Shown here in pieces: positions 27,915 through 37,030 of a stretch of DNA of 64,000 nucleotides (its first letter is position 1; every line of letters starts with the position of its first letter). Origin of the DNA: Parcubacteria group bacterium M10-OD1-1. Lineage in GTDB: Bacteria; Patescibacteriota; Minisyncoccia; Moranbacterales; UBA2206. The position numbers and the translations under genes are program-made. The notes below the pieces were generated by a model, which was given only the letters and a program-made list of their open reading frames with translations, was not told where the DNA came from and searched no databases. The stretch is taken from the NCBI GenBank assembly GCA_003056145.1, contig LSNL01000003.1, forward strand, positions 137,993 to 201,992. Reading direction: 5' to 3'.

Positions 27915-30900
27915 ATGTTTAAGGAAGTAGATTCAAGAAAAAAGTATTCAGAAATGGAGGAGGAAGTTTTAAAGTTTTGGGAAAATAATAAAATTTTTGA
28001 AAAATCAATAGAAAATCGTAAAAATGTTAAGCAATATAATTTTTATGATGGACCGCCTTTTGCTACTGGCTTACCACATTACGGACATATTGTCGGGACA
28101 GTTTTAAAAGATGTTATACCGAGATATTGGACAATGAAAGGACGAAGAGTTGAACGTCGTTGGGGTTGGGATTGTCATGGCTTACCAATTGAAAATATTG
28201 TAGAAAAAAAATTAGGCAGTAAAACTAAAAAAGAAATTGAAAAATTGGGTGTTGATAAATTTAATGAACTTTGCAGAAGCAAAGTCTTGGAATATGCCAG
28301 TGAATGGGAAAAAATTATCCCGCGACTTGGTCGTTGGGCGGATATGAAAAATGCTTATCGAACAATGGATTTGGATTATATGGAAAGTGTTTGGTGGGCT
28401 TTCAAACAACTATGGGAGAAGGATTTAATTTACAAAGATTATCGTTCAATGCATGTTTGTCCGCGTTGCGAAACCACTCTTTCACAATCAGAGGTTAGCG
28501 AGGGATATAAAGACGTGAAAGATTTAAGTGTAATAGCTAAATTTCATCTAAAGCCCAATCAAGAATGGTCAGGTGGAAAATATAAAACTAAAGATAGTGT
28601 TTATATTTTTGCTTGGACGACTACTCCATGGACTTTGCCAGGAAATGTAGCGTTAGCAGTGGGAGAAGATATTGATTATACGCTTATTGAAAAAGATAAC
28701 GAAAATTCCTGTAAAAAAGAAGGGTTTATTTTAGCTAAAAATAGATTGGGAGAAGTTTTTGGAGCAAATACAAATAAAAAAGTATTTTTACTTTCTGGCA
28801 AACATGCTTTTGCCTCTCGAGAATATTTTCCAAAACTAAAAAAAGATTTAGAGAAAGCTGGTTATGAAGTAACTATTATTGATCATATCAATCCATCAAG
28901 TCCTATTCTTAAAGATAATTTGGAAAATTTAAAAAAATATGATTTCAATAATGCTTATGTTATAACTCATTCTTTGGGTGCTAGCACAATTTTAAAATAT
29001 TTAAATGATTCTAGTATTCAATTATCGTCATTAACAATGATTGCCCCACCAAATCCTGGGATAAAATTTGTGTCAACAAATCCTCAATGGGTGAAAGAAT
29101 CTGGTTATCTTGATCTTACTATTGACTATAAAAAAATAGCTTCTCAAATTGCTAATCAGCCAGTAATTATCTATTCTGATGAAAATAGTATTTCTGAAAA
29201 CGATTTTAAACAGCTCGGTAAAAATTTGAATGCCCAATTAATCAAAGAAAATAACAAAGGACACTATTTTGAAATGGAAATAAATAATTATCCTGATTTT
29301 GATATTGTTAACAGTTTATCTAGCTATATAAATTACAAAATCATCAAAGAATTTAAAGGCTCTGATTTAATTGGTCTAGAATATGAGCCGTTGTGGAATT
29401 TATATGCCGACGATGAAAAGTTGGAAAATAGAGAAAATGGTTGGAAAATTTACGGAGCAGATTTTGTAACAACAGAAGAGGGCACTGGCGTTGTTCATAT
29501 TGCTCCAGCTTTTGGTGAAGACGATATGGAACTAGGAAAAGAAAAAAAACTTCCTTTTGTGCAACATGTGGGGATGGATGGTGTAGTCAATGACAGCGTG
29601 GAAGCTATTGGTGGTTTAAATGTGAAACCAATTGATAATCCGCAAGCTACGGATGTAGAAGTGATTAAATATTTAGCTAGTAAAGGTTTATTATTTCACA
29701 AGGAAAAATACGAGCATAGTTATCCACATTGTTGGCGTTGTGATACTCCATTGATAAATTATGCAACTAGCTCGTGGTTTGTAGCGGTAACAAAAATTAA
29801 AAAAGAATTATTAAAAAATGCTGAAGATATTAATTGGTCACCAGAACATATTAAAAAAGGTCGTTTTGGAAAATGGTTGGAGGGTGCGCGTGATTGGTCA
29901 ATTTCTCGTCAGCGTTTTTGGGCTAGCGTAATACCAGTTTGGGAATGCGACAAATGCGGCAAACGAAAGGTTTTTGGCTCTGTAGCAGAATTAGAAAAAG
30001 AAGTTAATCTTGGCAAATTTTATATTATGCGTCATGGTGAAGCAGAATCTAATGCGAAAAAAATATATGATACAAATATAAAGTCAGAAATACATTTAAC
30101 AACCAAGGGTAAAATGGATGTTAGTAAGGTAGCTAAAAAAATAAAGGATATAAATATTGATATAATAATATGTTCTGATTTTATGCGAACCGAAGAAACA
30201 GCTGAAATTGTAGGTAAGGAAATTGGTGTTAAAGTAATTAAAGATAAAAGGATAAGAGAGATAAGCGTGGGTGATTTAGATGGTCAACCATATGACATGG
30301 AAATAATTAAACGTAGAAATAATGGGGAAGATTTATCATATCCAAATGGTGAAAATTGGACAGATGTAAAAAAAAGAATTGATGATTTTTATCGTGATAT
30401 AAGTTTTAAGTATAGGGACAAAAAAATTCTAATTGTTTCTCATGGTGATGTTTTATTAAGCATAGAAGCTTCATTGGCTAGCGGAAATTTTTTGGAAAAT
30501 ATAAAAAAAATTATTAATAATAACGCCTATATTCAAAAGGCAGAATTAAGAGAGTTGAGGCATAAAGTTGTAGATATCCATAAGCATATTGTTGATAAAA
30601 TAACTTTTCCGTGCGAAAAATGTGCCAATTCAATAAGTTCAGAACAAACTGGCGTAATGAAAAGAATTCCAGATGTCTTAGATACTTGGTTTGATAGTGG
30701 TTCAATGCCTTATGCACAAAAACATTACCCATTTGAAAATAAAGAAGAATTTGAGAATATTTTTCCGGCGGATTTTATTGCTGAAGGAATAGATCAAACT
30801 AGAGCTTGGTTTTATTATCTGCACACTATTGCCGGTGGAATTTTTAATAAGCAAGCTTTTAAAAATGCGATTGTAAATGGAATAGTTTTAGCAGAAGATG

Positions 30901-32084
30901 GAAAAAAGATGAGTAAAAAATTACAAAATTATCCTGATCCAATGAAAATGGTGGAAAAATATGGAGCTGATCCGTTGCGTTTTTACCTTTTGCAATCGCC
31001 AATTGTTAGTGCTAATAACTTAAATTTTAGTGAAAAAGATTTGAGTGAAATTTCTCGGGGGACATTTAGGATGCTTTGGCAATCTTATAGTTTTTTTGTG
31101 ATGTATGCTAATATTGATAAATTTAAAATTCCAGGTTCAAAATTTGAAATTGGTAGTAATTTATTGGATAAATGGATTGTTTCTGAATTACAAATGTTAA
31201 TTAGGGGTATTAATGAACAGATGGAAAAATATCAAGTAATGCAAGCTACTAGACTATTTATTTCTTTTGTGGATAATCTTTCCAATTGGTATATCCGTCG
31301 TTCACGAAAAAGATTTTGGAAAAGTGAAAATGATAATGATAAAAATGAGGCGTATACAACTTTACACTATGTTTTAGCAGTGTTATCAAAATTAATGGCT
31401 CCGTTTGCACCGTTTGTAGCGGATGAAATCTATAGAAATTTAACTGGCAAAGAATCGGTGCATTTAGCTGATTTTCCGGTAGCGAATGAAAAATTAATCA
31501 ATGAAAAATTGAATACAGAGATGAAAAAAACACGGGAGATAATTAGCGAAGGGTTACAACTGCGGGCACAAGCTAAAATAAAAGTAAGACAACCGTTAGC
31601 ACGGTTATGTCTAAATTTCTCTTCAAATAATTATAAAATATCAGCTTGGTATAATGATAAAATCTGGGAAAAAATGGAGAATATTATGAAAGAAGAGTTA
31701 AATGTTAAAAAGATAGTTTTTAAAACGAGCGTAGGGAATAGCTTTAAAAACGAAGGAGATATTATTTGGAATAAAGATAAAATAGTTGGGTTGGATATTA
31801 AAATGACAGAAGAATTAGAAACAGAGGGACAAGCGCGAGAAATTATTCGTCATATTCAGCAAATGCGAAAAGAGGTTGACTATCAGCTTGACGATCGTAT
31901 AGAAATAGGCTATAGTGGAATGTCTGAAGTTTTTGAAAAATTTAACGATTTAATTACTAGAGAAACTTTGGCAATTAATACGGAACTTTTACAACAAAAT
32001 AAACTAAATCAAGAATTTGACTTGAAAAAGGAATTCAAGATTGATGAAAAAAAATTGATTTTAGCAATAAAAACTATAAATTAA
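27915..32084 (+). CDS. ileS: Isoleucine--tRNA ligase (IleRS2 type) with inserted alpha/beta-hydrolase and histidine phosphatase domains
   Basis: GPPFATGLPHYGH, GWDCHGLP, WTTTPWTLP, KMSKK; inserts contain THSLG and RHGE. Confidence 0.95.
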   Translation: MFKEVDSRKKYSEMEEEVLKFWENNKIFEKSIENRKNVKQYNFYDGPPFATGLPHYGHIVGTVLKDVIPRYWTMKGRRVERRWGWDCHGLPIENIVEKKLGSKTKKEIEKLGVDKFNELCRSKVLEYASEWEKIIPRLGRWADMKNAYRTMDLDYMESVWWAFKQLWEKDLIYKDYRSMHVCPRCETTLSQSEVSEGYKDVKDLSVIAKFHLKPNQEWSGGKYKTKDSVYIFAWTTTPWTLPGNVALAVGEDIDYTLIEKDNENSCKKEGFILAKNRLGEVFGANTNKKVFLLSGKHAFASREYFPKLKKDLEKAGYEVTIIDHINPSSPILKDNLENLKKYDFNNAYVITHSLGASTILKYLNDSSIQLSSLTMIAPPNPGIKFVSTNPQWVKESGYLDLTIDYKKIASQIANQPVIIYSDENSISENDFKQLGKNLNAQLIKENNKGHYFEMEINNYPDFDIVNSLSSYINYKIIKEFKGSDLIGLEYEPLWNLYADDEKLENRENGWKIYGADFVTTEEGTGVVHIAPAFGEDDMELGKEKKLPFVQHVGMDGVVNDSVEAIGGLNVKPIDNPQATDVEVIKYLASKGLLFHKEKYEHSYPHCWRCDTPLINYATSSWFVAVTKIKKELLKNAEDINWSPEHIKKGRFGKWLEGARDWSISRQRFWASVIPVWECDKCGKRKVFGSVAELEKEVNLGKFYIMRHGEAESNAKKIYDTNIKSEIHLTTKGKMDVSKVAKKIKDINIDIIICSDFMRTEETAEIVGKEIGVKVIKDKRIREISVGDLDGQPYDMEIIKRRNNGEDLSYPNGENWTDVKKRIDDFYRDISFKYRDKKILIVSHGDVLLSIEASLASGNFLENIKKIINNNAYIQKAELRELRHKVVDIHKHIVDKITFPCEKCANSISSEQTGVMKRIPDVLDTWFDSGSMPYAQKHYPFENKEEFENIFPADFIAEGIDQTRAWFYYLHTIAGGIFNKQAFKNAIVNGIVLAEDGKKMSKKLQNYPDPMKMVEKYGADPLRFYLLQSPIVSANNLNFSEKDLSEISRGTFRMLWQSYSFFVMYANIDKFKIPGSKFEIGSNLLDKWIVSELQMLIRGINEQMEKYQVMQATRLFISFVDNLSNWYIRRSRKRFWKSENDNDKNEAYTTLHYVLAVLSKLMAPFAPFVADEIYRNLTGKESVHLADFPVANEKLINEKLNTEMKKTREIISEGLQLRAQAKIKVRQPLARLCLNFSSNNYKISAWYNDKIWEKMENIMKEELNVKKIVFKTSVGNSFKNEGDIIWNKDKIVGLDIKMTEELETEGQAREIIRHIQQMRKEVDYQLDDRIEIGYSGMSEVFEKFNDLITRETLAINTELLQQNKLNQEFDLKKEFKIDEKKLILAIKTIN

Positions 32085-32168
32085 TCGCTATTACCGCAAA
32101 TATTTGTAAGAAGCTATAAGTATTTGTGGTAATAATGAAAAAGCGGAGATTATCCGCAAGGAGAAATT

Positions 32169-32300
32169 ATGAGCTTTTTTGATAAAACCCTTATTGTCTC
32201 AGCCATAGGAGTTTTTTTCCTCTTAATAAGGGAATTAAACAAAAATAAAAAAGAAACCGAAAAATTTAAGGAAAACTTAAAGAAGAGGGACTCAGACTGA
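32169..32300 (+). CDS. 43-aa small membrane peptide (not in ORF track)
   Basis: SD AAGGAG at 32158; MSFFDKTLIVSAIGVFFLLIRELNKNKKETEKFKENLKKRDSD*. Confidence 0.5.
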   Translation: MSFFDKTLIVSAIGVFFLLIRELNKNKKETEKFKENLKKRDSD

Positions 32301-32345
32301 GATTGAATCTAAATCTCTTATTTATCAAAAAGAAGGAGGAATTCC

Positions 32346-32540
32346 ATGGTATTTTTTCAAAAAAAATGGAAAACCTTTTGGAGAAAGGTTTTCTTAAAGA
32401 GAATCTATTGTGAGAGTTGCAAGGATTCAGTGACTGTTAAAACGCCGGTAGGTATTAGCAGTCAGCGGGGCGTCGTAATCGTAGAAATACGATGCTCCAT
32501 TTGCCGAAAAGTTCTAGCTAGAAAGAAGATACTATTCTAG
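32346..32540 (+). CDS. Small zinc-ribbon protein
   Basis: SD AGGAGG; CESC...CSIC. Confidence 0.6.
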   Translation: MVFFQKKWKTFWRKVFLKRIYCESCKDSVTVKTPVGISSQRGVVIVEIRCSICRKVLARKKILF

Positions 32541-32548
32541 CTGGGATG

Positions 32549-32588
32549 AAAAGGCTTAGACTGAAATTTTAGTCTAAGCCTTTTATTT
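32549..32588 (+). terminator. Intrinsic terminator
   Basis: AAAAGGCTTAGACTGAA...TTTAGTCTAAGCCTTTT. Confidence 0.85.
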
Positions 32589-32737
32589 ATGCTTAAAAAA
32601 TAAAATTGAGAGCTAATTCTATTTTTAAAGTTTATTTTGATAATCTAGTTATTTAAGTTATTTTAATTTAAAGTATGATATACTAATATAATAAGAAAAG
32701 GTTTGTCTAAGAGTTATTATTAGAAAAATTATAAATT

Positions 32738-33727
32738 ATGAAGAAATATAATATCGTAACTATTGGGGGAGGAACAGGTAGCTTTACTCTTCTCTCAGGG
32801 CTAAAGAAGTACCCAGTTAATATATCAGCGATTGTTTCAATGGCGGATGATGGTGGATCAACTGGCAGACTACGAGATGAATTAGGTGTTCTTCCTCCAG
32901 GAGATGTTCGTCAATGCTTAGTGGCCTTGAGTGAAGAATCAAAAACTTTGCGAGAATTAATGAGCTATCGTTTTGAGAATGGAGGTTTAGAAGGGCATAG
33001 CTTTGGTAATATCTTTTTATCGGCTTTAGAAAAAATGGAAAAAAGTTTTTCTGGTGGTGTTAAAGAAGCAGCCAAAATATTACGCATTAAGGGAGAAGTT
33101 ATTCCAGTTATTGATGGTAATGTGAGAATGCATATTAAATTAAATAATGATAAAATCATAGTTGGTGAAAACAATCTTGATAAAAATGAAGAGATAAGGA
33201 AAATTGGAATAAAAGAAATATTTCTTCAGCCCTCAGTTTTTGCTAACAAAGAAGCAATTAAAAAAATAAAAGAAGCTGATTTAGTTATTATTGGTCCAGG
33301 GGATTATTTTGGATCTATTGTGCCTAATTTTTTAGCACGTGGAATTCCTAAATCCTTAAGGGAAACTAAAGCCAAAATTATTTATGTTTGTAATTTAACT
33401 AATAAAAAAGGTCAGACTGATAATTTTAGTTTAGAAAAATATGTAGAAGAAATAAATAAACTTATTAAAAAAGAAAGAATAGATGCAGTTATTTTTAATA
33501 ATAAAAAAATTAACGCTAGCCTCATTAAGAGATACGAAAAAAGGGAAGGAAAAAACTCGGTAGTGAAAATTGAGAATAAGAAAGTTAAAAATTATAAAAT
33601 TTTACAAGTTGATTTAGTAAATGGAGCTAAAAAGGGCTTATTATGTAAAGAGCAATCTTTTATTCGTCACGATTCAGTTAAATTAGCTCGGGCTATAATG
33701 GAATTACAGAGCTTTCTCTGTAATTAA
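32738..33727 (+). CDS. yvcK: YvcK/GlmR (CofD-like) UDP-GlcNAc-binding protein
   Basis: IGGGTG, ADDGGSTGRLR, PPGDVRQCL, GHSFGN, RHDS. Confidence 0.92.
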   Translation: MKKYNIVTIGGGTGSFTLLSGLKKYPVNISAIVSMADDGGSTGRLRDELGVLPPGDVRQCLVALSEESKTLRELMSYRFENGGLEGHSFGNIFLSALEKMEKSFSGGVKEAAKILRIKGEVIPVIDGNVRMHIKLNNDKIIVGENNLDKNEEIRKIGIKEIFLQPSVFANKEAIKKIKEADLVIIGPGDYFGSIVPNFLARGIPKSLRETKAKIIYVCNLTNKKGQTDNFSLEKYVEEINKLIKKERIDAVIFNNKKINASLIKRYEKREGKNSVVKIENKKVKNYKILQVDLVNGAKKGLLCKEQSFIRHDSVKLARAIMELQSFLCN

Positions 33728-33754
33728 AAAAGTAATTAATTTTAATTTAAGCCT

Positions 33755-35590
33755 ATGTGTGGAATTGTTGGTTATATTGGGAAACGAAAAGCCGTTCCGA
33801 TTTTAATAGAAGGACTTAATCGCTTAGAATATCGTGGTTATGATAGTGCTGGTCTATCCGTTATAAATAAAGGAAAGATAAAATCTTTTAAATCAGTAGG
33901 GAGAGTAAGTGAGTTAGAAAAAAAAATTAAAGATAATCTTCTAGGACAAATAGGAATTGCTCATACTCGCTGGGCTACTCATGGTAAACCTTCGCAAAAA
34001 AATTGCCATCCTCATTATAGTTGTGAAAAGGACATCCATATTGTGCACAATGGAATAATTGAGAATTATGATGAATTAAAAAAACAACTTATCAAAAAAG
34101 GGCATCAATTTAAATCGGATACCGACAGTGAAGTAATTGCTCACTTAATAGAGGAATTTATTAAAAAGGCAACCTTAAAAACAGCCGTTGTTAAAGCCGT
34201 AAAGATGTTACAAGGAACTTATGGCGTGGCTGTAATAAGCAAAAAAGAACCGCATAAAATAATAGTAGCTAGGAACGGAAGTCCTTTAGTGATTGGAGTA
34301 GGAAAGGAAGAATTTATAATTGCTTCTGATGTGAGTGCTATTGTTCGTTACACAGACGAAGTTATTTATTTGAATGATGGAGAGATAGCAGAAATCAGTG
34401 AAGATAATTTAGAAATAACTAATTTAAAAAGAGAAATTGTCAATAACCCAATTAAAAAATTAGATTGGACAATTGAAAAATCACAAAAAGGTGGTTTTGA
34501 TCACTTCATGTTAAAGGAAATATTTGAACAACCAGAATCAATCAGAAATGCTTTAAGAGGGAGAACGGAAAAATTTATCTCAGAAGATTTTTTACCGACT
34601 TTAGGAGGGCTAGAATCGGTTACCAAAAAATTAAGAAAAATTAAGAAAATAATTATTATTTCTTGCGGTACTTCTTATTACGCTGGATTGATAGGGGAAT
34701 ATATGTTTGAGGAATATGCTGGTATTCCAACGGAAGTGGAATATGCCTCGGAATTTCGTTATCGGAAATCAGTTTTAGATGAAACAACGGCCGTTATTGC
34801 TATTTCTCAATCAGGAGAAACAGCGGATACACTAGCAGCAGTACGAGAGGCTAAAAATAAAGGAGCTTTGACTTTAGGAATAATCAATGTTGTTGGTTCT
34901 ACTATTGCTCGACAAACAGAGGCCGGTACTTATACTCTTTCTGGTCCTGAAATTGGAGTAGCTTCTACCAAAGCTTTTACTAGTCAACTTTCTACTTTAA
35001 TTCTTTGGACTTTAGTTTTGGGTCGACAAAGAAATATGTCATTTGCTATGAGTAAAAAAATTGCTCAAGAACTAAATAAAATACCTACTAAAGTAGAAAA
35101 GATACTTAAAAAATCTAGAGAGATTAAAAAAATTGTTAAAAAATATATTACGGTCAAAGATTTTTTATATTTAGGTCGAAAATATAATTTTCCTATTGCT
35201 TTAGAAGGAGCACTAAAAATTAAAGAAATATCTTATATTCACGCTGAAGGTTATCCGACTGGTGAAATGAAACATGGTCCGATTGCGTTAATTGATAAAG
35301 ATTTTCCTGCGCTCTTTATTGTGCCTCAAGATAGTATTTATGAAAAAAATCTAAGTGGGATGCAAGAAATTAAAGCACGAGGTGGAAAAATTATTGCTTT
35401 AGCCACAGAAGGAGATAAAAAAATTATTAATTTAGCAGATGATGTAATTTATATCCCGAAGACTTTGGAAATGTTAACTCCGCTAATTTCAGTTATCCCT
35501 CTACAATTGTTGGCTTATTATTTTGGAGTAATGAAAGGGCTAGATGTAGATAAACCGCGTAATTTAGCTAAAAGCGTGACTGTAGAATAA
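33755..35590 (+). CDS. glmS: Glutamine--fructose-6-phosphate aminotransferase
   Basis: MCGIVG, HTRWATHG, SQSGETADT, PRNLAKSVTVE. Confidence 0.98.
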   Translation: MCGIVGYIGKRKAVPILIEGLNRLEYRGYDSAGLSVINKGKIKSFKSVGRVSELEKKIKDNLLGQIGIAHTRWATHGKPSQKNCHPHYSCEKDIHIVHNGIIENYDELKKQLIKKGHQFKSDTDSEVIAHLIEEFIKKATLKTAVVKAVKMLQGTYGVAVISKKEPHKIIVARNGSPLVIGVGKEEFIIASDVSAIVRYTDEVIYLNDGEIAEISEDNLEITNLKREIVNNPIKKLDWTIEKSQKGGFDHFMLKEIFEQPESIRNALRGRTEKFISEDFLPTLGGLESVTKKLRKIKKIIIISCGTSYYAGLIGEYMFEEYAGIPTEVEYASEFRYRKSVLDETTAVIAISQSGETADTLAAVREAKNKGALTLGIINVVGSTIARQTEAGTYTLSGPEIGVASTKAFTSQLSTLILWTLVLGRQRNMSFAMSKKIAQELNKIPTKVEKILKKSREIKKIVKKYITVKDFLYLGRKYNFPIALEGALKIKEISYIHAEGYPTGEMKHGPIALIDKDFPALFIVPQDSIYEKNLSGMQEIKARGGKIIALATEGDKKIINLADDVIYIPKTLEMLTPLISVIPLQLLAYYFGVMKGLDVDKPRNLAKSVTVE

Positions 35591-35593
35591 ACG

Positions 35594-35962
35594 ATGAATA
35601 TTAAAACTATTAAAAATGATAGAGATTATTTTTGGACTAATCATTCTAAATATAAATTATTGGAATATAATGTAAGTCCTAATATAGTTAAGTTGGTAAT
35701 TAAAAGTCCCGAGAGAATTGAGGAGGGTGTAGCTCCAGAAACAATTGCTGTAATGAAAAGAAAGGATACTAAAAAAACACAAAGAGAAATTTGGGTAATG
35801 TATCAAAAAAATAAAAAAAAGAAAGCTCAAAAAACTAAACACATTTCTATTTTATCAAGAATGAAAATTATTAGTGTTTGGATTTATCCTGGTACTAGTC
35901 CAAAAGGAAAAGAAATTTTTATTCCAGATGATGTTTGGGAAATTATCAATGAGAATAAGTAA
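35594..35962 (+). CDS. Hypothetical protein (possible DUF4258-like fold)
   Basis: WTNHS...EEGVAPETIAVM...EIWVMYQ...IISVWIYPG; operonic. Confidence 0.7.
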   Translation: MNIKTIKNDRDYFWTNHSKYKLLEYNVSPNIVKLVIKSPERIEEGVAPETIAVMKRKDTKKTQREIWVMYQKNKKKKAQKTKHISILSRMKIISVWIYPGTSPKGKEIFIPDDVWEIINENK

Positions 35963-35989
35963 GATTTAATTTTTTAATGTAGGTAATTA

Positions 35990-37030
35990 ATGGACATTGA
36001 AAAGCTAGAAAAGATTTTAGTAAATAATCAGCAACCAAAATTTCGCTTAGCTCAAATCAAAAAAGCTATTTTTCAAGAAGGTAAAACTTCCTTTTCAGAA
36101 ATTTCTAATATTCCCAAAGCTTTAAGAATAATTTTAGAAAAAGAAGTGGGAATATTATTATTTCAAGTGGTTAAAGTACTAGTTTCTATAGACGGACAAT
36201 CAATTAAAGCTCTTTTAAAAATGGAAGACGGAAAATTAGTAGAAACAGTTTTGCTTTCACCAAAACCTAGGATTTGGTCGGTTTGTCTTTCTAGTCAAAT
36301 TGGGTGTCCGATGGGATGCCAATTCTGTGCGACTGGAAAAATGGGCTTTGTTAGAGATTTAAAGGCAGAAGAAATTTTTGATCAAGTTTTATTTTGGCGT
36401 CAATATTTAGCTAAAAATAAAGTAAAAGGAAAATTAACCAATATTATTTATATGGGAATGGGCGAGCCATTTTTAAATTGGAAAAATGTTAAGCAGAGTT
36501 TGTTAGTCTTAATTAATAAAAAATATTTTGATTTTAGAACAAGGGCCATTTCTATTTCTACAGTTGGTTTTCCGACCGGAATAGAAAAAATTGCTAGTGA
36601 ATTTCCTCAAATAAATTTAGCTCTTTCTCTACATTTTACTCAAGATAAATTGCGAAACGAGTTGATGCCAATTAATCAAACTTTTAACTTAGCAAAATTA
36701 AAGGATAGCTTAGAAAAATATATTGAAAAATGTAACCGAAAAGTTTTCTTGGAGTATGTAATGTTTCAAGGTTTAAATGATAGCGAGAAAGACGCTCAAA
36801 ATTTAGTTAAGTATGTTCAAAGTTTTCAAAAAACTTATTTGATTCATATAAATTTAATAAGGTATAATGAAACATCAACTAAATTTAAGGCTACTTCTTA
36901 TGAGCAAATGCAAAAATTTAAAGACTATTTAATTCAAAATAGAATTAAGGTTACTATTAGGAAGAGTCTAGGAACAGATATTAAAGGCGCTTGTGGACAA
37001 TTAGCAGGAATTATAAATATTAAAAACTAA
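35990..37030 (+). CDS. rlmN: 23S rRNA m2A2503/tRNA m2A37 methyltransferase
   Basis: SSQIGCPMGCQFCATG, MGMGEP, GACGQLA. Confidence 0.93.
   Translation: MDIEKLEKILVNNQQPKFRLAQIKKAIFQEGKTSFSEISNIPKALRIILEKEVGILLFQVVKVLVSIDGQSIKALLKMEDGKLVETVLLSPKPRIWSVCLSSQIGCPMGCQFCATGKMGFVRDLKAEEIFDQVLFWRQYLAKNKVKGKLTNIIYMGMGEPFLNWKNVKQSLLVLINKKYFDFRTRAISISTVGFPTGIEKIASEFPQINLALSLHFTQDKLRNELMPINQTFNLAKLKDSLEKYIEKCNRKVFLEYVMFQGLNDSEKDAQNLVKYVQSFQKTYLIHINLIRYNETSTKFKATSYEQMQKFKDYLIQNRIKVTIRKSLGTDIKGACGQLAGIINIKN

Noticed and set aside
32346-32540. Zinc-ribbon protein as the Trm112 partner of the Trm9-like enzyme
   Set aside because: Lacks the Trm112 C-terminal Y-P-I-x-D-G-I-P pattern and is not linked to the locus.
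35990-37030. Cfr antibiotic-resistance methyltransferase
   Set aside because: MGMGEP motif and housekeeping context fit RlmN.
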